Position numbers and translations under genes: made by a program | In this document: piece after piece, positions 24,236 to 34,709 of the stretch | Position numbering within the stretch: position 1 is the stretch's first letter | Layout of the letters: each line of letters begins with the position of its first letter | Assembly: GCA_002327305.1 (NCBI GenBank) | Contig: DCUZ01000103.1 | Span: 18,102-65,798, forward strand | From: Holophagales bacterium UBA2201 | Lineage (GTDB): Bacteria; Acidobacteriota; Thermoanaerobaculia; UBA2201 | DNA length: 47,697 bases | Direction of reading: 5' to 3' | Notes under the pieces: model-generated | Told to the model about the DNA's origin: nothing | Seen by the model: the letters and a program-made list of their open reading frames with translations, nothing else | The model's database searches: none

Positions 24236-25849
24236 ATGGAAAGCATCGCCAAAGGGTTGTTCGCCGGTACCATTGAAACCGAGGGGCTGGTCCCCTACCC
24301 GAAACTGACGGACGAAGAGCGCGAGACCGTCGCCTTCCTCCTGGACGCGTTCCGCAAGTTCGCCAAGGAGAACATCAACGCCGAGAAGATCGACGCCGAG
24401 CACACGATCGGCGACGACATCATCAAGGGGCTGGGCGAGATGGGGATCCTGGGGATGACCATTCCCGAGGCCTACGGCGGGTTCGGCTTCACCCCCAGCC
24501 AGTACGGCCGCGTGATGGAGGAGATGACCCGGTTCTGCGCCTCCACCGCCATCCTCGTGGGCGCCCACCAGAGCATCGGCTACAAGGGGATCGTCCTGGC
24601 GGGCACCGAGGAGCAGAAGCAGCAGTGGCTCCCCCCCCTGGCCACGGGGGAGAGACTGGCCGCCTTCGCCCTCACCGAGCCCGAGGCCGGGAGCGACGCC
24701 TCCGCCGTCAAGACCGTGGCCCGGTACGACGCGGAACGCAGGGGCTATGTCCTCAACGGCACCAAGCAGTGGATCACCAACGGCGGCATCGCCCACACCA
24801 TCACCACCATCGCCAAGACGGGCGAAAGCGCGCTGACCACCTTCATCGTGGACACCGCCGCCCCCGGTTTCTCCATCGGGAAGACGGAGCGCAAGATGGG
24901 GCTCAAGGGCTCCTCCACCACCCAGCTCATCTTCGAGGACCTGTTCGTTCCCGAGGCCAACCTTCTGGGGCGCAAGGGGCGCGGGTTCCTCCTGTTCATG
25001 AAGGTCCTCGACACCGGGCGGATGGGGCTGGCCGCCTCCTGCCTCGGCGGGTGCAAGGAGATGATCAAGCAGGCCTACGAGTTCGCCGGCCGCCGCAAGC
25101 AGTTCGGCACCGTCGTGGGGGAGTACGAGATGGTCCGCCACAAGTTCGCGCGGATGGCGGCCTACACCTACGCCGCCGAGAGCATGGTCTACCTCTCCAC
25201 GGGCCTGGTCTCCGGAGGGTTCGACGATTACGCCGCCGAGTCCTGCCTCTGCAAGTTCTTCGTCACCGAGGTGCTCTGGAACGTCATCAACGACGCCCTG
25301 CAGTGCGCGGGCGGCAACGGCTACATGGAGGAGTATCCCTTCGAGCGGTACCTGCGGGACGCCCGCATCAACCTCATCTTCGAGGGGACCAACGAAATCA
25401 CCCGCATGTACGCCGCCCACATGGGCCTGCGTCACGCCCAGAAGGCCGTCCGCGGCGGCGCCGCCCGCGGCGACCTGGCCTGGGCCCCCGACGGCCTGAG
25501 GGACGAGTGCGCCGAACTGCTGGCCCTCGTCCGGAAGTTCGGGGAGCACAACCGGGCCCTCCACGAGCGGTACGGCACCGGCCTCAACGACCGGGAGTAC
25601 CACCTGGAGCGGGTGGCCGACATCGCCGCCGGTCTCTACGCCGCCGTGGCCACCCTCTCGCGCACCGTCGAGGAGATCAAGCAGAGGCCCGAAGCCCTCA
25701 CCTACGGCCGCGCCTTCCTCCACTTCGAGCTGCCCCGCCTGCGCGACCTGCTCGAGTCCGATTTCACCGCCGCCGACACCCTGAAGACGGCGGTGTCGGA
25801 CCATCTGTATTCCAAGGGGGGCTATCCGTTCGACCGCTGGGAGATCTGA
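24236..25849 (+). CDS. Acyl-CoA dehydrogenase (long, VLCAD/ACAD9-like)
   Basis: AFALTEPEAGSDA, LNGTKQWITNG, KMGLKGS, RKQFG, GGNGYM, IFEGTNEI; AAGGAG RBS. Confidence 0.94.
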   Translation: MESIAKGLFAGTIETEGLVPYPKLTDEERETVAFLLDAFRKFAKENINAEKIDAEHTIGDDIIKGLGEMGILGMTIPEAYGGFGFTPSQYGRVMEEMTRFCASTAILVGAHQSIGYKGIVLAGTEEQKQQWLPPLATGERLAAFALTEPEAGSDASAVKTVARYDAERRGYVLNGTKQWITNGGIAHTITTIAKTGESALTTFIVDTAAPGFSIGKTERKMGLKGSSTTQLIFEDLFVPEANLLGRKGRGFLLFMKVLDTGRMGLAASCLGGCKEMIKQAYEFAGRRKQFGTVVGEYEMVRHKFARMAAYTYAAESMVYLSTGLVSGGFDDYAAESCLCKFFVTEVLWNVINDALQCAGGNGYMEEYPFERYLRDARINLIFEGTNEITRMYAAHMGLRHAQKAVRGGAARGDLAWAPDGLRDECAELLALVRKFGEHNRALHERYGTGLNDREYHLERVADIAAGLYAAVATLSRTVEEIKQRPEALTYGRAFLHFELPRLRDLLESDFTAADTLKTAVSDHLYSKGGYPFDRWEI

Positions 25850-25868
25850 GGCCCGGTCCCTCCCCACC

Positions 25869-27239
25869 ATGGCCCGGCCGCTCCTGAAGCTCCTTCTCGT
25901 CCTGGCGGGCATGGGCCTTCTGGCCGCCCACTTCCCCCTTTCCGGGGACGAGGCCTACTATTGGGAATGCGGCCAGCGCCTGGACTGGTCCTACTTCGAC
26001 CAGCCCCCGCTGGTCATCTGGATGGCCCGCGCCTCCACCGAAGTGCTGGGCGACACGCCCCTGGCGGTCCGCCTCCCCGCCCTGGTCTTCACCGGACTGA
26101 CCGCCCTGCTGATGCTGGGATGGCTGGGCGAGGCGGGGATGGCGCTGTTTTTCGGCCTGCGGTTGCTGCCTCTCTTCTTCTTCGGGTCGTTCTATCTCTC
26201 CACCGACGCCGGGCTGGGGTTTTTCTACCTCCTGGCCGCCTTTTGCTTCGTCCGCATCCGGGAGGGGTCGCTGTGGCGCTGGTGGCTCCTCCTCGGCCTC
26301 GCCCTGGGCCTCGGCTTCCTGGCCAAGTTCCCCATCGTCCTGGCCGCGCTCCTGATCTTCTTCATCCCCTGGAAGCCCGTCCGGTTCGGACAGGTGCTGG
26401 CGGCCGCGGGGGTGGCCGCCGCCGTCACCACGCCGGTCTGGATCTACGCCCTGCGCCACGAGTGGGCCAACATCGGGTTCCAGTTGTTCGGGCGCCATGC
26501 CGTCGCCAGCACCCTGGGCGAGCGCCTCGTCCGCTTCTGGGGGCCCCAGATCGCCATTGTGGGCCCCCTCCTCCTCCCGCTCGCCCTCCTGGCCCTCTGG
26601 AGGGCCCGGCGGGACGACCGCCTCCTGTGGGCGGCGGGACTCGTCCCCGCCCTCTTTTTCGGCCTGCTCGCCTTCCGTTCCCCCATGGCGGCGCACTGGG
26701 CGGCCCCGGGCATCCCCCTCCTGGCGGTCCTGGCCGCGAAATACTGGGACCGGCGGTGGATGCGCGCCGCCCTGGCCCTCAACGCCCTCCTCATCGCCGT
26801 TCTCCTGGTCCCCCTGTTCTTCCCGCGCCTCCTCGTTCCCGTCGCCCCCAGGGCCGCCGGAGCGGTCCTGGGGCCCGAACGGCTGGCGGAGTTCATCGGG
26901 CGGGCCCGCCAGCCGGGCGAACTTCTGGCCACCGAGAGCTACAGCACGGCGGCGGTTCTGAATTTCCGCTGGGGGAGGGCGGGCGAGGCGCTGGCGGCGA
27001 TCGCCAACCGGGGCCCCCACGGCCTCTCCTATCTCTACTGGCAGGAGGCGCTGGACCTCCGGGGCCGGGACTTCCTCTTCATCACCACGCGGCGCTCCTT
27101 CGTCCATTACCTCCGGCCGCGGTTCGACCGGATCGAAAGCGTCATGGAACTGCCGGTCCTCGATGGAGGCCGGACCCTGAGGACCTACTTCATCCTCCGG
27201 TGCCGGGGATTGACGGACGACGGCATGTTCAAGCCGTAG
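25869..27239 (+). CDS. GT-C fold glycosyltransferase (ArnT/PMT-like)
   Basis: DEAYYW...LDWSYFDQPPL, VRLP, LGFLAKF; many TM segments. Confidence 0.87.
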   Translation: MARPLLKLLLVLAGMGLLAAHFPLSGDEAYYWECGQRLDWSYFDQPPLVIWMARASTEVLGDTPLAVRLPALVFTGLTALLMLGWLGEAGMALFFGLRLLPLFFFGSFYLSTDAGLGFFYLLAAFCFVRIREGSLWRWWLLLGLALGLGFLAKFPIVLAALLIFFIPWKPVRFGQVLAAAGVAAAVTTPVWIYALRHEWANIGFQLFGRHAVASTLGERLVRFWGPQIAIVGPLLLPLALLALWRARRDDRLLWAAGLVPALFFGLLAFRSPMAAHWAAPGIPLLAVLAAKYWDRRWMRAALALNALLIAVLLVPLFFPRLLVPVAPRAAGAVLGPERLAEFIGRARQPGELLATESYSTAAVLNFRWGRAGEALAAIANRGPHGLSYLYWQEALDLRGRDFLFITTRRSFVHYLRPRFDRIESVMELPVLDGGRTLRTYFILRCRGLTDDGMFKP

Positions 27240-27296
27240 AAAAGCAAAGTCCGGGACGAGGGCGGAAGGCGCGCCTTCCGGACCGGGGAGGCCCCC

Positions 27297-28673
27297 CTAC
27301 GGTTCCCGCTCCCCCGGGTCCCTCAACTTGGCGTTGAGCGTTTTGAGGGTGACGCCGAGGCGTTCGGCGGCGGCCTTGCGGTCTCCCCCCGCCTCTTCGA
27401 GGGCCCGGGCCACCTTCCACTCCTCCACCGCGCGCACGGTCCGCGCCACCGCCTCGGGCAGGGTCCCCCGCAGGTCCAGAAGATCTCCGAGGGCGGGCCC
27501 CCCCCCGCTTTCGGCGAAGAGGACGATCTCCCCGGGACCGATGGTCCGCCCCCGGGCGAGGATGGCGGCCCGCTCGAGGGCGTTCTCCAGTTCCCGCACG
27601 TTCCCGGGCCAGGCATAGGCCTGGAGCTTGGCCAGGGCCGCCGGGGTCAGCTCGAGCCCCCTTTTCCCCAGTTCCCGCTCGAAGCGGCGGAGGAAGTGGT
27701 CGGCCAGGAGGGGGATGTCGGCGGTGCGGAGGCGCAGGGGGGGGATGGTGATGGGGAAGATGTTGAGGCGGAAGAAGAGGTCCTCGCGGAAGCGCCCCTC
27801 CTCCACCGCCTTCCGGAGGTCCTGGTTGGAGGCGGCGACGACCCGGACATCCACCTTCAGGGTGGCGGTCCCCCCCAGCCGCTCGACGGTCCGCTCCTGG
27901 ATCACCCGCAGGATCTTCCCCTGCACCTCCTTCTCCAGTTCGCCGATCTCGTCGAGGAAGATGGTCCCCCCCCCGGCCAATTCGAACTTTCCCAACTGGC
28001 GGGCGTGGGCCCCGGTGTAGGAGCCCTTCTCGTGGCCGAAGAGCTCGTTCTCGATGAGGGTGGAGGGAATGGCGGCGCAGTTGAGGGCCACGAAGGGGCG
28101 GTCGCGCCGGCCGCTCAACTGGTGGACGGCGCGGGCGAAGAGCTCCTTCCCCGTCCCCGACTCCCCCGCCAGGAGGACCGTGGCGTCGGTGGGGGCCACC
28201 CGGGCCACCTGCTCCTCGACCTCCCGCATCACCGGGGTCCGCCCCACGATGGAGGGGAAGCCGCCGCGCCGCTCCACCTCGTCCTTCAGGAGCAGGTTCT
28301 CGCGCTGGAGGCGCCGGCGGCCGAGGGCGCGGTCCACCAGCAGGAGCAGGTGGTCGGGATCCACCGGCTTGAGGAGGAAGTCGGCGGCCCCCCGCTTCAT
28401 CGCCTCCACGGCCAGTTCCACCGTGCCGAAGGCGGTGACCACCAGGACCGGGCACTCCGGGTCCCGTTCGAGGGCGGCGTCCAGGACCGCCATGCCGTCG
28501 GCCCCGGGCAGTTTGAAATCGGTGATGACGGCGTCGAAGGGGGCCGCCTGGAGGCGGACCACCGCCTCGGCGCCGTCGCCGAGGCACTCCACCGCGAAGC
28601 CGCGCGACGACAGGACCTCCCTCAGGAGGTCCCGAAGCGAGGCCTTGTCCTCGACGACGAGGAGGCGTTCCAC
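27297..28673 (-). CDS. Sigma-54-dependent response regulator (PilR/NtrC family)
   Basis: Receiver (VVED, ITDFKLP, LLKP), GESGTGKE, ELFGHEKGSYTGA, FLDEIG, FREDLFFRLN, WPGNVRELEN, Fis-type HTH. Confidence 0.94.
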   Translation of the reverse strand: MERLLVVEDKASLRDLLREVLSSRGFAVECLGDGAEAVVRLQAAPFDAVITDFKLPGADGMAVLDAALERDPECPVLVVTAFGTVELAVEAMKRGAADFLLKPVDPDHLLLLVDRALGRRRLQRENLLLKDEVERRGGFPSIVGRTPVMREVEEQVARVAPTDATVLLAGESGTGKELFARAVHQLSGRRDRPFVALNCAAIPSTLIENELFGHEKGSYTGAHARQLGKFELAGGGTIFLDEIGELEKEVQGKILRVIQERTVERLGGTATLKVDVRVVAASNQDLRKAVEEGRFREDLFFRLNIFPITIPPLRLRTADIPLLADHFLRRFERELGKRGLELTPAALAKLQAYAWPGNVRELENALERAAILARGRTIGPGEIVLFAESGGGPALGDLLDLRGTLPEAVARTVRAVEEWKVARALEEAGGDRKAAAERLGVTLKTLNAKLRDPGEREP

Positions 28674-28677
28674 GGCC

Positions 28678-30831
28678 CTACATGTCCGTCAGGATCTGCT
28701 CGATGTAGGAGTTGGGGAGCCCCAGGTCCTGGAGCCCGTCGGTCAGTTTGGGGTCGTACCACACGTCCACGGTGCCCGAGGTGCGCACCTTGCCGTTCCA
28801 CATCATCAGCGACCCCCAGAAGGCCCGGTCGCCGACGGCCCGGAAGTCGCCGGTGATGTAGAAGATCCCCTGGAAGATGCCGTCCACCCCGTTCGCCTCG
28901 GGGCCGTACTGGTCCCACCCCTTGGTCAGGCCCCGGGTGCCGTCCTCGTAGTCCTGGCTGACCAGGTAGGGGTTGAGCTGGTTCATGTTGGCGCCGTAGG
29001 GGAAGTTGGGGTAGTTGAGGTTGATGAAACGGTCCACGGGCTGCTGGACGCCGTCGATCTCCTCGAAGGGGTCGTACCGGCCGTTGAGGAGGTGGGAAAA
29101 GACCGGATCGGGGTTCTCCCACAGGGGCTCGCCGGGCATGGTGACGTTGAAGGTGCCCTGGGAGCCGCCCGAGTTATCGAGGCCGTCGGCGCAGAGGTAG
29201 ATGAGTCCCCGGGAGGCGTACTTGCCCTTGGCGTCCTGCCCCACGGCGATGTTGGAGCGGTTCTGCTTGGGGACCTGCCCGTCGGTGGTGTCGAAGAACC
29301 AGAACCCGCCGGTGATGGTGGGGTCGGCGATCATGCTGGTCCAGGCCTCGAAGTCCTTGCAGTTGGCGGTGGAACCCGGGGCATCGTACTTCCCCTCGGC
29401 GCAGAGGCCGTTGACATCTGGGGAGGCGCCCGGGACCAGGTAGTGGACCGACTGCCCGGCGGCGCCCCCCTGCGACCCCACGCTCATGACCACCCGCTTC
29501 CAGTAGTTGTAGCCGCGGAAGGCGGTGGCGAAGGCCACCGAGGGGTCGCACCCCCAGTAGTTGGTCTTGTTCCCCGGGGCCCACCGGGCGGCGGGGGCGG
29601 AGGGGGCCGGCGTCCCGGCGGGGCAGTCCACGGCGGCGTCGGGGTTGTAGGGCTTGCAGTTGAGGTAGCTCTTGAGCTGCATGGTGTTGGTGGCGTCGTC
29701 GTAATACCAGTCGCAGGTGTAGTTCTGGGTGTTGGCCCCGGCGAGCCACGAATCGATGGGGGCGAAGATGAGGCGGGTGGCGGCCTCGGCCGGCTGGGGC
29801 CACTTGATGGTCCCGAAGTTGCAGTTGGCGTTCAGCCCATGCTTGGAAAAGACCATGTCCTGGCGGGAGCGGACGAGGAGCCAGGGGTCGGTGATCTGCT
29901 GGCCCTGGAGGACCGGCTGGGTGCCCGTGTTGGTGCCCGGGTCATATTGCCCCAGGAGGGTGCCGCACATCTTCACCTGACCCGAGGGGCTTACATAGTA
30001 GGGGGCCCCGGCCGCGGTGAAGTTGTTGTTGTTGTCGTCAATCCCCTCGGTGGACTTGATGTTGCCCCAGTGGACCCGGACACTCCCGTTGATGTCGATG
30101 GGGCCGTCCACGTCGAGGGCCTCGCCCATGACGGCGTAATTGATGTCGGTGATGATGCCGCGGATGCGACGGGTGGAGACGGTGCGCCCGCTGGGGTCCA
30201 CGTTCTCCGCCTCCACCAACACGGTGCAGATGGCGTAGGCCTGGTTGCGCGGGTCGGTGGGGCTGTCGGGATAGGGCCCCACGGGGGGGGCGTAGAGGGA
30301 CATCCGGGGGATGTGCACCCCGCCGGCCCGGGGGACGAGGGCGTCGGCGTCGGCGTAGGCGACGCCGAAGAGGGTGGCGTTGAGGGCCTGCAGGTAGGGA
30401 CGGCAGGCGTCCTCGGCGATGTCGAGCCGGACGTCGGGGGTGGCCTCGTTGCCGAAGAACTGGTGGACCGCCAGGTCCGTGCCGACCGCCCCCACGTAGG
30501 GCTTGTCGAAGGGATCGATCCCGGAGATGGCGCCGCCGCCCTTCCACTGCGTCGGATTGCCCGCCGCGTCGGGGGCGAAGTCGCGGTCGGCAAAGAGCAT
30601 GGCGGAGGCCGGCGGGACCAGGTCGGCCGTCCGGGCGGGGGTGTTGAACCAGGTGTTGACGGCGTACACCCCCGTCTGGCCCGACACCAGGGTGGTCATG
30701 GCCCGGTAGTAGTTGTTGGAGATGAGGTTCTCGGTGTCGGCCAGGAAGATGAAGGAGAGGCCGGTGAGGGAGAGGACCACCATGACCATCAGGGTGATGA
30801 GAAGGGCGGAACCTTTGTCGAGTTTGCGCAT
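28678..30831 (-). CDS. Large PilX-like minor pilin (717 aa)
   Basis: Class III signal MRKLDKG|SALLITLMVMVVLSLTGL lacking Glu5 (PilX/GspK trait); last gene of a fimT-pilV-pilW-pilX run; Cys-rich C-terminal region. Confidence 0.8.
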   Translation of the reverse strand: MRKLDKGSALLITLMVMVVLSLTGLSFIFLADTENLISNNYYRAMTTLVSGQTGVYAVNTWFNTPARTADLVPPASAMLFADRDFAPDAAGNPTQWKGGGAISGIDPFDKPYVGAVGTDLAVHQFFGNEATPDVRLDIAEDACRPYLQALNATLFGVAYADADALVPRAGGVHIPRMSLYAPPVGPYPDSPTDPRNQAYAICTVLVEAENVDPSGRTVSTRRIRGIITDINYAVMGEALDVDGPIDINGSVRVHWGNIKSTEGIDDNNNNFTAAGAPYYVSPSGQVKMCGTLLGQYDPGTNTGTQPVLQGQQITDPWLLVRSRQDMVFSKHGLNANCNFGTIKWPQPAEAATRLIFAPIDSWLAGANTQNYTCDWYYDDATNTMQLKSYLNCKPYNPDAAVDCPAGTPAPSAPAARWAPGNKTNYWGCDPSVAFATAFRGYNYWKRVVMSVGSQGGAAGQSVHYLVPGASPDVNGLCAEGKYDAPGSTANCKDFEAWTSMIADPTITGGFWFFDTTDGQVPKQNRSNIAVGQDAKGKYASRGLIYLCADGLDNSGGSQGTFNVTMPGEPLWENPDPVFSHLLNGRYDPFEEIDGVQQPVDRFINLNYPNFPYGANMNQLNPYLVSQDYEDGTRGLTKGWDQYGPEANGVDGIFQGIFYITGDFRAVGDRAFWGSLMMWNGKVRTSGTVDVWYDPKLTDGLQDLGLPNSYIEQILTDM

Positions 30832-30849
30832 GGCCGTGTTCTCCTTTCG

Positions 30850-33800
30850 CTACGGGCCCATCAGGATGGGCATGTTGGGGCAGACGATGGAACCGGAGGG
30901 GGACCAGTACTTGATGGTCACGTTGGCTCCCTGGTTGGCGCCCAGGAAGGCAATTCGGCCGTTGCAGAGGTCCACGCTCGTGACTGTTGGCTCGCGGCCG
31001 GTGTACGACCACTCCCAGGCGCAAACCGGGGCGGGAAGGAAGAAGATCTTCTCACCGCGCGGCGGGACCGATCCGCTGGTGACGGCGGGCCCGTCGCAGG
31101 GGCGGAGGTGGAGGGTGCCGAGGAGGTTGAGGGGGCCGGCGGCGGTGGTGAGGTTCTGGTCGAAGGAGAACCGGAACCAATTGCTCGCCCCCACGGGGCC
31201 GCCGGGCCGGGGATTGAGGTTGAGGGTGCCCTGGGGGGTACCGGCGCAGAAGTTGGGGTTCTGATAGACATAGGACGGGCTCGTGAACGAGGCGCCCACG
31301 GAGCGGCCGTTCGGATCTTCGGGCCCCCCGGACCAGAGGGGGAAGACCGGCGGGGAGCCGGCCGTGGGATCATGCTCGTAGAAATTGAGGGAGGTGGCCT
31401 GATAGGTCTGCGAGGAGAAGCCGATCTTGTCGAGGAAATAGACCTCGATGCCGTTGACCTTGACGACCTCCCAGGTGAGCTGATGGGCCACGGGGGCCAG
31501 GGTGTGGATCTGGAAGTTGCCGCAGATGGCCTGGATGGTGGCGATGCGCGTGACGGTTCGGGAACACCCGGTGGAGTCGATGATCTGCACCAGAATGGTG
31601 TAGTTGCCGTCGGGGAGGCCGGTGATGTTCCAGTCGTAGGCGGCCGTGCACTCGGATGCGACGCAGGTCCAGGCCAGGGGCTCTTTGATGATGGTGGTGT
31701 TGGAGATGGTGATCTTCATGTCCACGATGGTCACTCCCGCGGGGAGGTCCCACACCGCCGCGGTGACCGGGAAGATGCTCCCCCCGGTGTTGACCAGGGT
31801 GTAGTTGACGGCCGGGGAGGTGATGGCGGCCCCCCAGGAGGTTGCGCAGGGGACCTGGGCCGCGAGGGATTCCTGCCCCTCGAAAACCGTCCCGCCGTCG
31901 TCGCACCGGTAGATGCCGGCGACGGTGTAGAAGCGCGACTCCCCGGAGGGGATGGGACGGATGAAGGTGAAGTGCATCGGCGTGGTGGTTCCCAGGAACA
32001 CGGCCCCGCCGTCCACCGCCGCGTCCCAGTCCTCGAAATCGTCCCCCCCGAAGTTAGGGTCGTCAATGAGGGTGGCGTCGGCGTCGGGGTTGCCGGCGGG
32101 GTCTTCGATGTATTCGTAGATGCGGTAGCGCCACACCTCGAATTGCGCCGTGGGATCGGGGTTGGGGGAGAAGGCGCCGTCGGAGGCCTTGAAGGCGCTC
32201 GCGAGGACCGGCATGACCTGGAGGGTGACCTCGAAGGTGCCGTCGTTCAGGTCGGATGCGGCGCCCCCGGGCTTGTCGGGCTGGGCCGGCACCACCTGCG
32301 GGAAGACGTCGGCGGCCTGCAGGGCCGGCGCCTGGTAGGCGGTGGGGTTGCCGTCGAGGTCGCTGGAGATGTTGGAGACCTCGCCGGTGTGGAGGCAGGG
32401 GGGGGTCTGGGTGTGGTCGTCGTCGATGTCCTGGCACTGCGTGACCGAACTCATCTTGTAGGCGTAGTATTCGCAGGGACACGCCCGGAGGTCGGGGTAG
32501 CGGACCCGCGGGATCTTGAGGGGGTCGTCGGCGGGGGTGGTCTCGGTGGCCACGAGGTCTTCCACGACGGGGGTGAATTCAACGGGCGTGGCCGAGGTCT
32601 GGCGTCGGTGGTAGAGGCGGTAGCCGTAGAGGTCGCGGATGGCGGGCCACCGGCCGTCCTTGGCGGACACCTCGCCGATGCAGGCGGGGTTCTGGGTCTG
32701 GTCGTATTCGACGGGGGGGATGAAAGCCACCTCGAGGCGCTGGAGGCCGTCGAGGTCCACCGCCGCCCCGTCGGAGACCACGGCCCCGAGGGGCTTGAGG
32801 GGGCCGGGGTCCACGGTGAATTCGACCTCGTTGGTGGGGTTGCGGGAGAAATTGCCCGCGCTGTCCTGGGCGAAGACCCGGGCGCGGTAGAGCGACCCGT
32901 TGGCCAGGTTGGGGCGGTAGTAGCCCACGGTGTTGGCGTAGTGCTCGACGTTGGAGACGGGGGTGCAGGTGTCGGGGGCGTCGTCGCAGTTGTACTTGAA
33001 GGTGTTGCCCCAGGTGGCCCAGATGGCGGGGTCCACCACCTGGAGGTAATAGACGGCCAGGTCCTCCGCCCGGGAGGGCTGCCAGACGAAGAGGGCGCCG
33101 CCGCAGTACCCCGTCACCGCCTCCAGCATCAGGGGGTCGTCGGGGGGGACGGTGTCGGCCAGCTCGTGGGGGGCCACCCCCACGTTGAGGAGGTTGAGGG
33201 TGGAGGAGAGCTCGTATTTGCGGTACATCTTGGTGGCGATGTAGGCCGCCTGTTCTTCGGCGGTGTAGGCGGTGGAGAAATCGGGCGCGGAGAGCACGGG
33301 GTCGGTGTACCGGCCGTCGGGCCGCCCCGTCATCCCGATGAGGCGGACCACCATGTTCTTGACCATGTTGCCGCCCCCCATGCCGAAGGGCCACCCGTGT
33401 TCGCGGCGGAAGACGTTCCAGTCGTCGGGCTCGGAGGCGTCCGGGTCGTCGAAATCCATGAGGTTGGCGGCGGCGATGCCGTTCTGGTTGTAATACTCGA
33501 ACCGCATGGAAAAGATGCCGTCGGCGACGGGGGTCCAGACCTGGTTGGCCGCCGGGACGTCCCCGCCCGAGGGGACGGCCTCGTAGCCGTCGTCGCCGGG
33601 GTTGCGGAAGGTGACCTGATAGAGTTTGTAGGGGGGCTTGTCCTGCGCCAGGGAGACGCCGTTGAGCGTGACGGTCTCCAGGGTGCCGGGGTTGCCCACC
33701 ACGCCGTCGCGGGGGGCGCTGAAGTCGGCCTTGAACTTGAGGGTCTCGTTGGAGCCGTCCTCCGACACCCCCGCCTTCTTGGCCAGGACGTAGACCCGCA

Positions 33801-34185
33801 CGTCTCGGTTGCCCGTCATCACCAGGCCGTATTGCCCCGTCCCGTCCACGCAGAGGCCCGTGACGTCGTTTTTGGTGCACTCCAGGGCGGCCTCCTCGCT
33901 CTGGTCGTAGTCGGCCCGGATGGCCACGGCCCCGTCCCACATCCCCTCGACCGAGAGGTCGGGGCGGAGGGCGTCGGAATCGGGGTGGACCCTGAACCCC
34001 GCAACGCGGAGGTCGTGGCTCAGTTTCTCGAAGGCGAACCGGGTGGCCTGCTGGGTGTCGGTGAGCTGTTCGCCCAGGAGGTAGGTCTTTTGGGAGTGGT
34101 CGTAGATCCGGTACGCGGCGATGATGACGAGAGTGAAGATGAGGATCGAGACCAGCACTTCCACGAGCGTGAACCCCTTTTTCAT
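30850..34185 (-). CDS. Giant PilW-like minor pilin (~1111 aa) with FN3/Ig-like domains
   Basis: MKKG|FTLVEVLV prepilin motif; QQATRFAFEKLSHDLRVAG PilW-type helix; FN3-like VWQPS...YRARVFAQDSAGN; Ig-like WNITGLPDGNYTILVQIID; AGGAGG RBS before ATG 34185. Confidence 0.85.
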   Translation of the reverse strand: MKKGFTLVEVLVSILIFTLVIIAAYRIYDHSQKTYLLGEQLTDTQQATRFAFEKLSHDLRVAGFRVHPDSDALRPDLSVEGMWDGAVAIRADYDQSEEAALECTKNDVTGLCVDGTGQYGLVMTGNRDVRVYVLAKKAGVSEDGSNETLKFKADFSAPRDGVVGNPGTLETVTLNGVSLAQDKPPYKLYQVTFRNPGDDGYEAVPSGGDVPAANQVWTPVADGIFSMRFEYYNQNGIAAANLMDFDDPDASEPDDWNVFRREHGWPFGMGGGNMVKNMVVRLIGMTGRPDGRYTDPVLSAPDFSTAYTAEEQAAYIATKMYRKYELSSTLNLLNVGVAPHELADTVPPDDPLMLEAVTGYCGGALFVWQPSRAEDLAVYYLQVVDPAIWATWGNTFKYNCDDAPDTCTPVSNVEHYANTVGYYRPNLANGSLYRARVFAQDSAGNFSRNPTNEVEFTVDPGPLKPLGAVVSDGAAVDLDGLQRLEVAFIPPVEYDQTQNPACIGEVSAKDGRWPAIRDLYGYRLYHRRQTSATPVEFTPVVEDLVATETTPADDPLKIPRVRYPDLRACPCEYYAYKMSSVTQCQDIDDDHTQTPPCLHTGEVSNISSDLDGNPTAYQAPALQAADVFPQVVPAQPDKPGGAASDLNDGTFEVTLQVMPVLASAFKASDGAFSPNPDPTAQFEVWRYRIYEYIEDPAGNPDADATLIDDPNFGGDDFEDWDAAVDGGAVFLGTTTPMHFTFIRPIPSGESRFYTVAGIYRCDDGGTVFEGQESLAAQVPCATSWGAAITSPAVNYTLVNTGGSIFPVTAAVWDLPAGVTIVDMKITISNTTIIKEPLAWTCVASECTAAYDWNITGLPDGNYTILVQIIDSTGCSRTVTRIATIQAICGNFQIHTLAPVAHQLTWEVVKVNGIEVYFLDKIGFSSQTYQATSLNFYEHDPTAGSPPVFPLWSGGPEDPNGRSVGASFTSPSYVYQNPNFCAGTPQGTLNLNPRPGGPVGASNWFRFSFDQNLTTAAGPLNLLGTLHLRPCDGPAVTSGSVPPRGEKIFFLPAPVCAWEWSYTGREPTVTSVDLCNGRIAFLGANQGANVTIKYWSPSGSIVCPNMPILMGP

Positions 34186-34195
34186 ATCGGGCCTC

Positions 34196-34699
34196 CTACA
34201 TGCTGAAATCAAAGGTTGTGACGCGCTCCCTCAGCCCCTCCGCCCACCGCACCTGGATGCGGAAATGGATGTAGAAACTGTTGCCGAACGCGGCGTTCGC
34301 TCCGGTGATCGGGACGCGCGGCGTGAGGGTGGCGACGATCCGGGAGGTGGGCCCGAGGTCCTCCAGGACCTCCTGCCACCCGTCGATGACCTGCCAGAGG
34401 ACCTCCCCGTCGGGGTGGGGATTGGCCCAGTCCTGGTCGATGGTGGCGGTCCAGGTGGTCTTCCCCCTCAGCGTGGCGTTGCCTCCGTCGCGGAAGACGT
34501 TGTATTTCTGGTCGTAATTGGGGAGGTTCTTGATGTCCTCGAAGATCTTCTGCTGAACGGCCACGGCCTTGGTCTGCACCTTCCCCGACACCACCCCCTT
34601 CTGGCCGAAGAGGAAGAGGCCGGAGATCACCAGGACGACCCAGGAGAGGAGCGCCATGGCGATGAGCACTTCGATGAGGTTGTATCCCTTGCGGTTCAT
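34196..34699 (-). CDS. PilV-like minor pilin
   Basis: MNRKG|YNLIEVLIAMALL; size, position and IQVRW C-terminal strand typical of PilV/GspI. Confidence 0.82.
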   Translation of the reverse strand: MNRKGYNLIEVLIAMALLSWVVLVISGLFLFGQKGVVSGKVQTKAVAVQQKIFEDIKNLPNYDQKYNVFRDGGNATLRGKTTWTATIDQDWANPHPDGEVLWQVIDGWQEVLEDLGPTSRIVATLTPRVPITGANAAFGNSFYIHFRIQVRWAEGLRERVTTFDFSM

Positions 34700-34709
34700 C
34701 CTTCGCCTC

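Noticed and set aside
27240-27296. Hairpin between the convergent ArnT-like and regulator genes as a terminator
   Set aside because: A stem is present (CGGAAGGC/GCCTTCCG) but the U-tract is not adjacent; too weak to call
28678-34185. Giant pilins as multiheme cytochrome nanowire proteins
   Set aside because: No CxxCH motifs were found; the cysteines look like disulfide pairs
28054-34206. 2050-aa ORF on the plus strand, and other long antisense or alternate-frame ORFs (3539-5611, 13748-15952, 19266-21032, 45402-47660)
   Set aside because: Shadow ORFs of high-GC genes; they overlap well-supported opposite-strand CDSs and show no motifs
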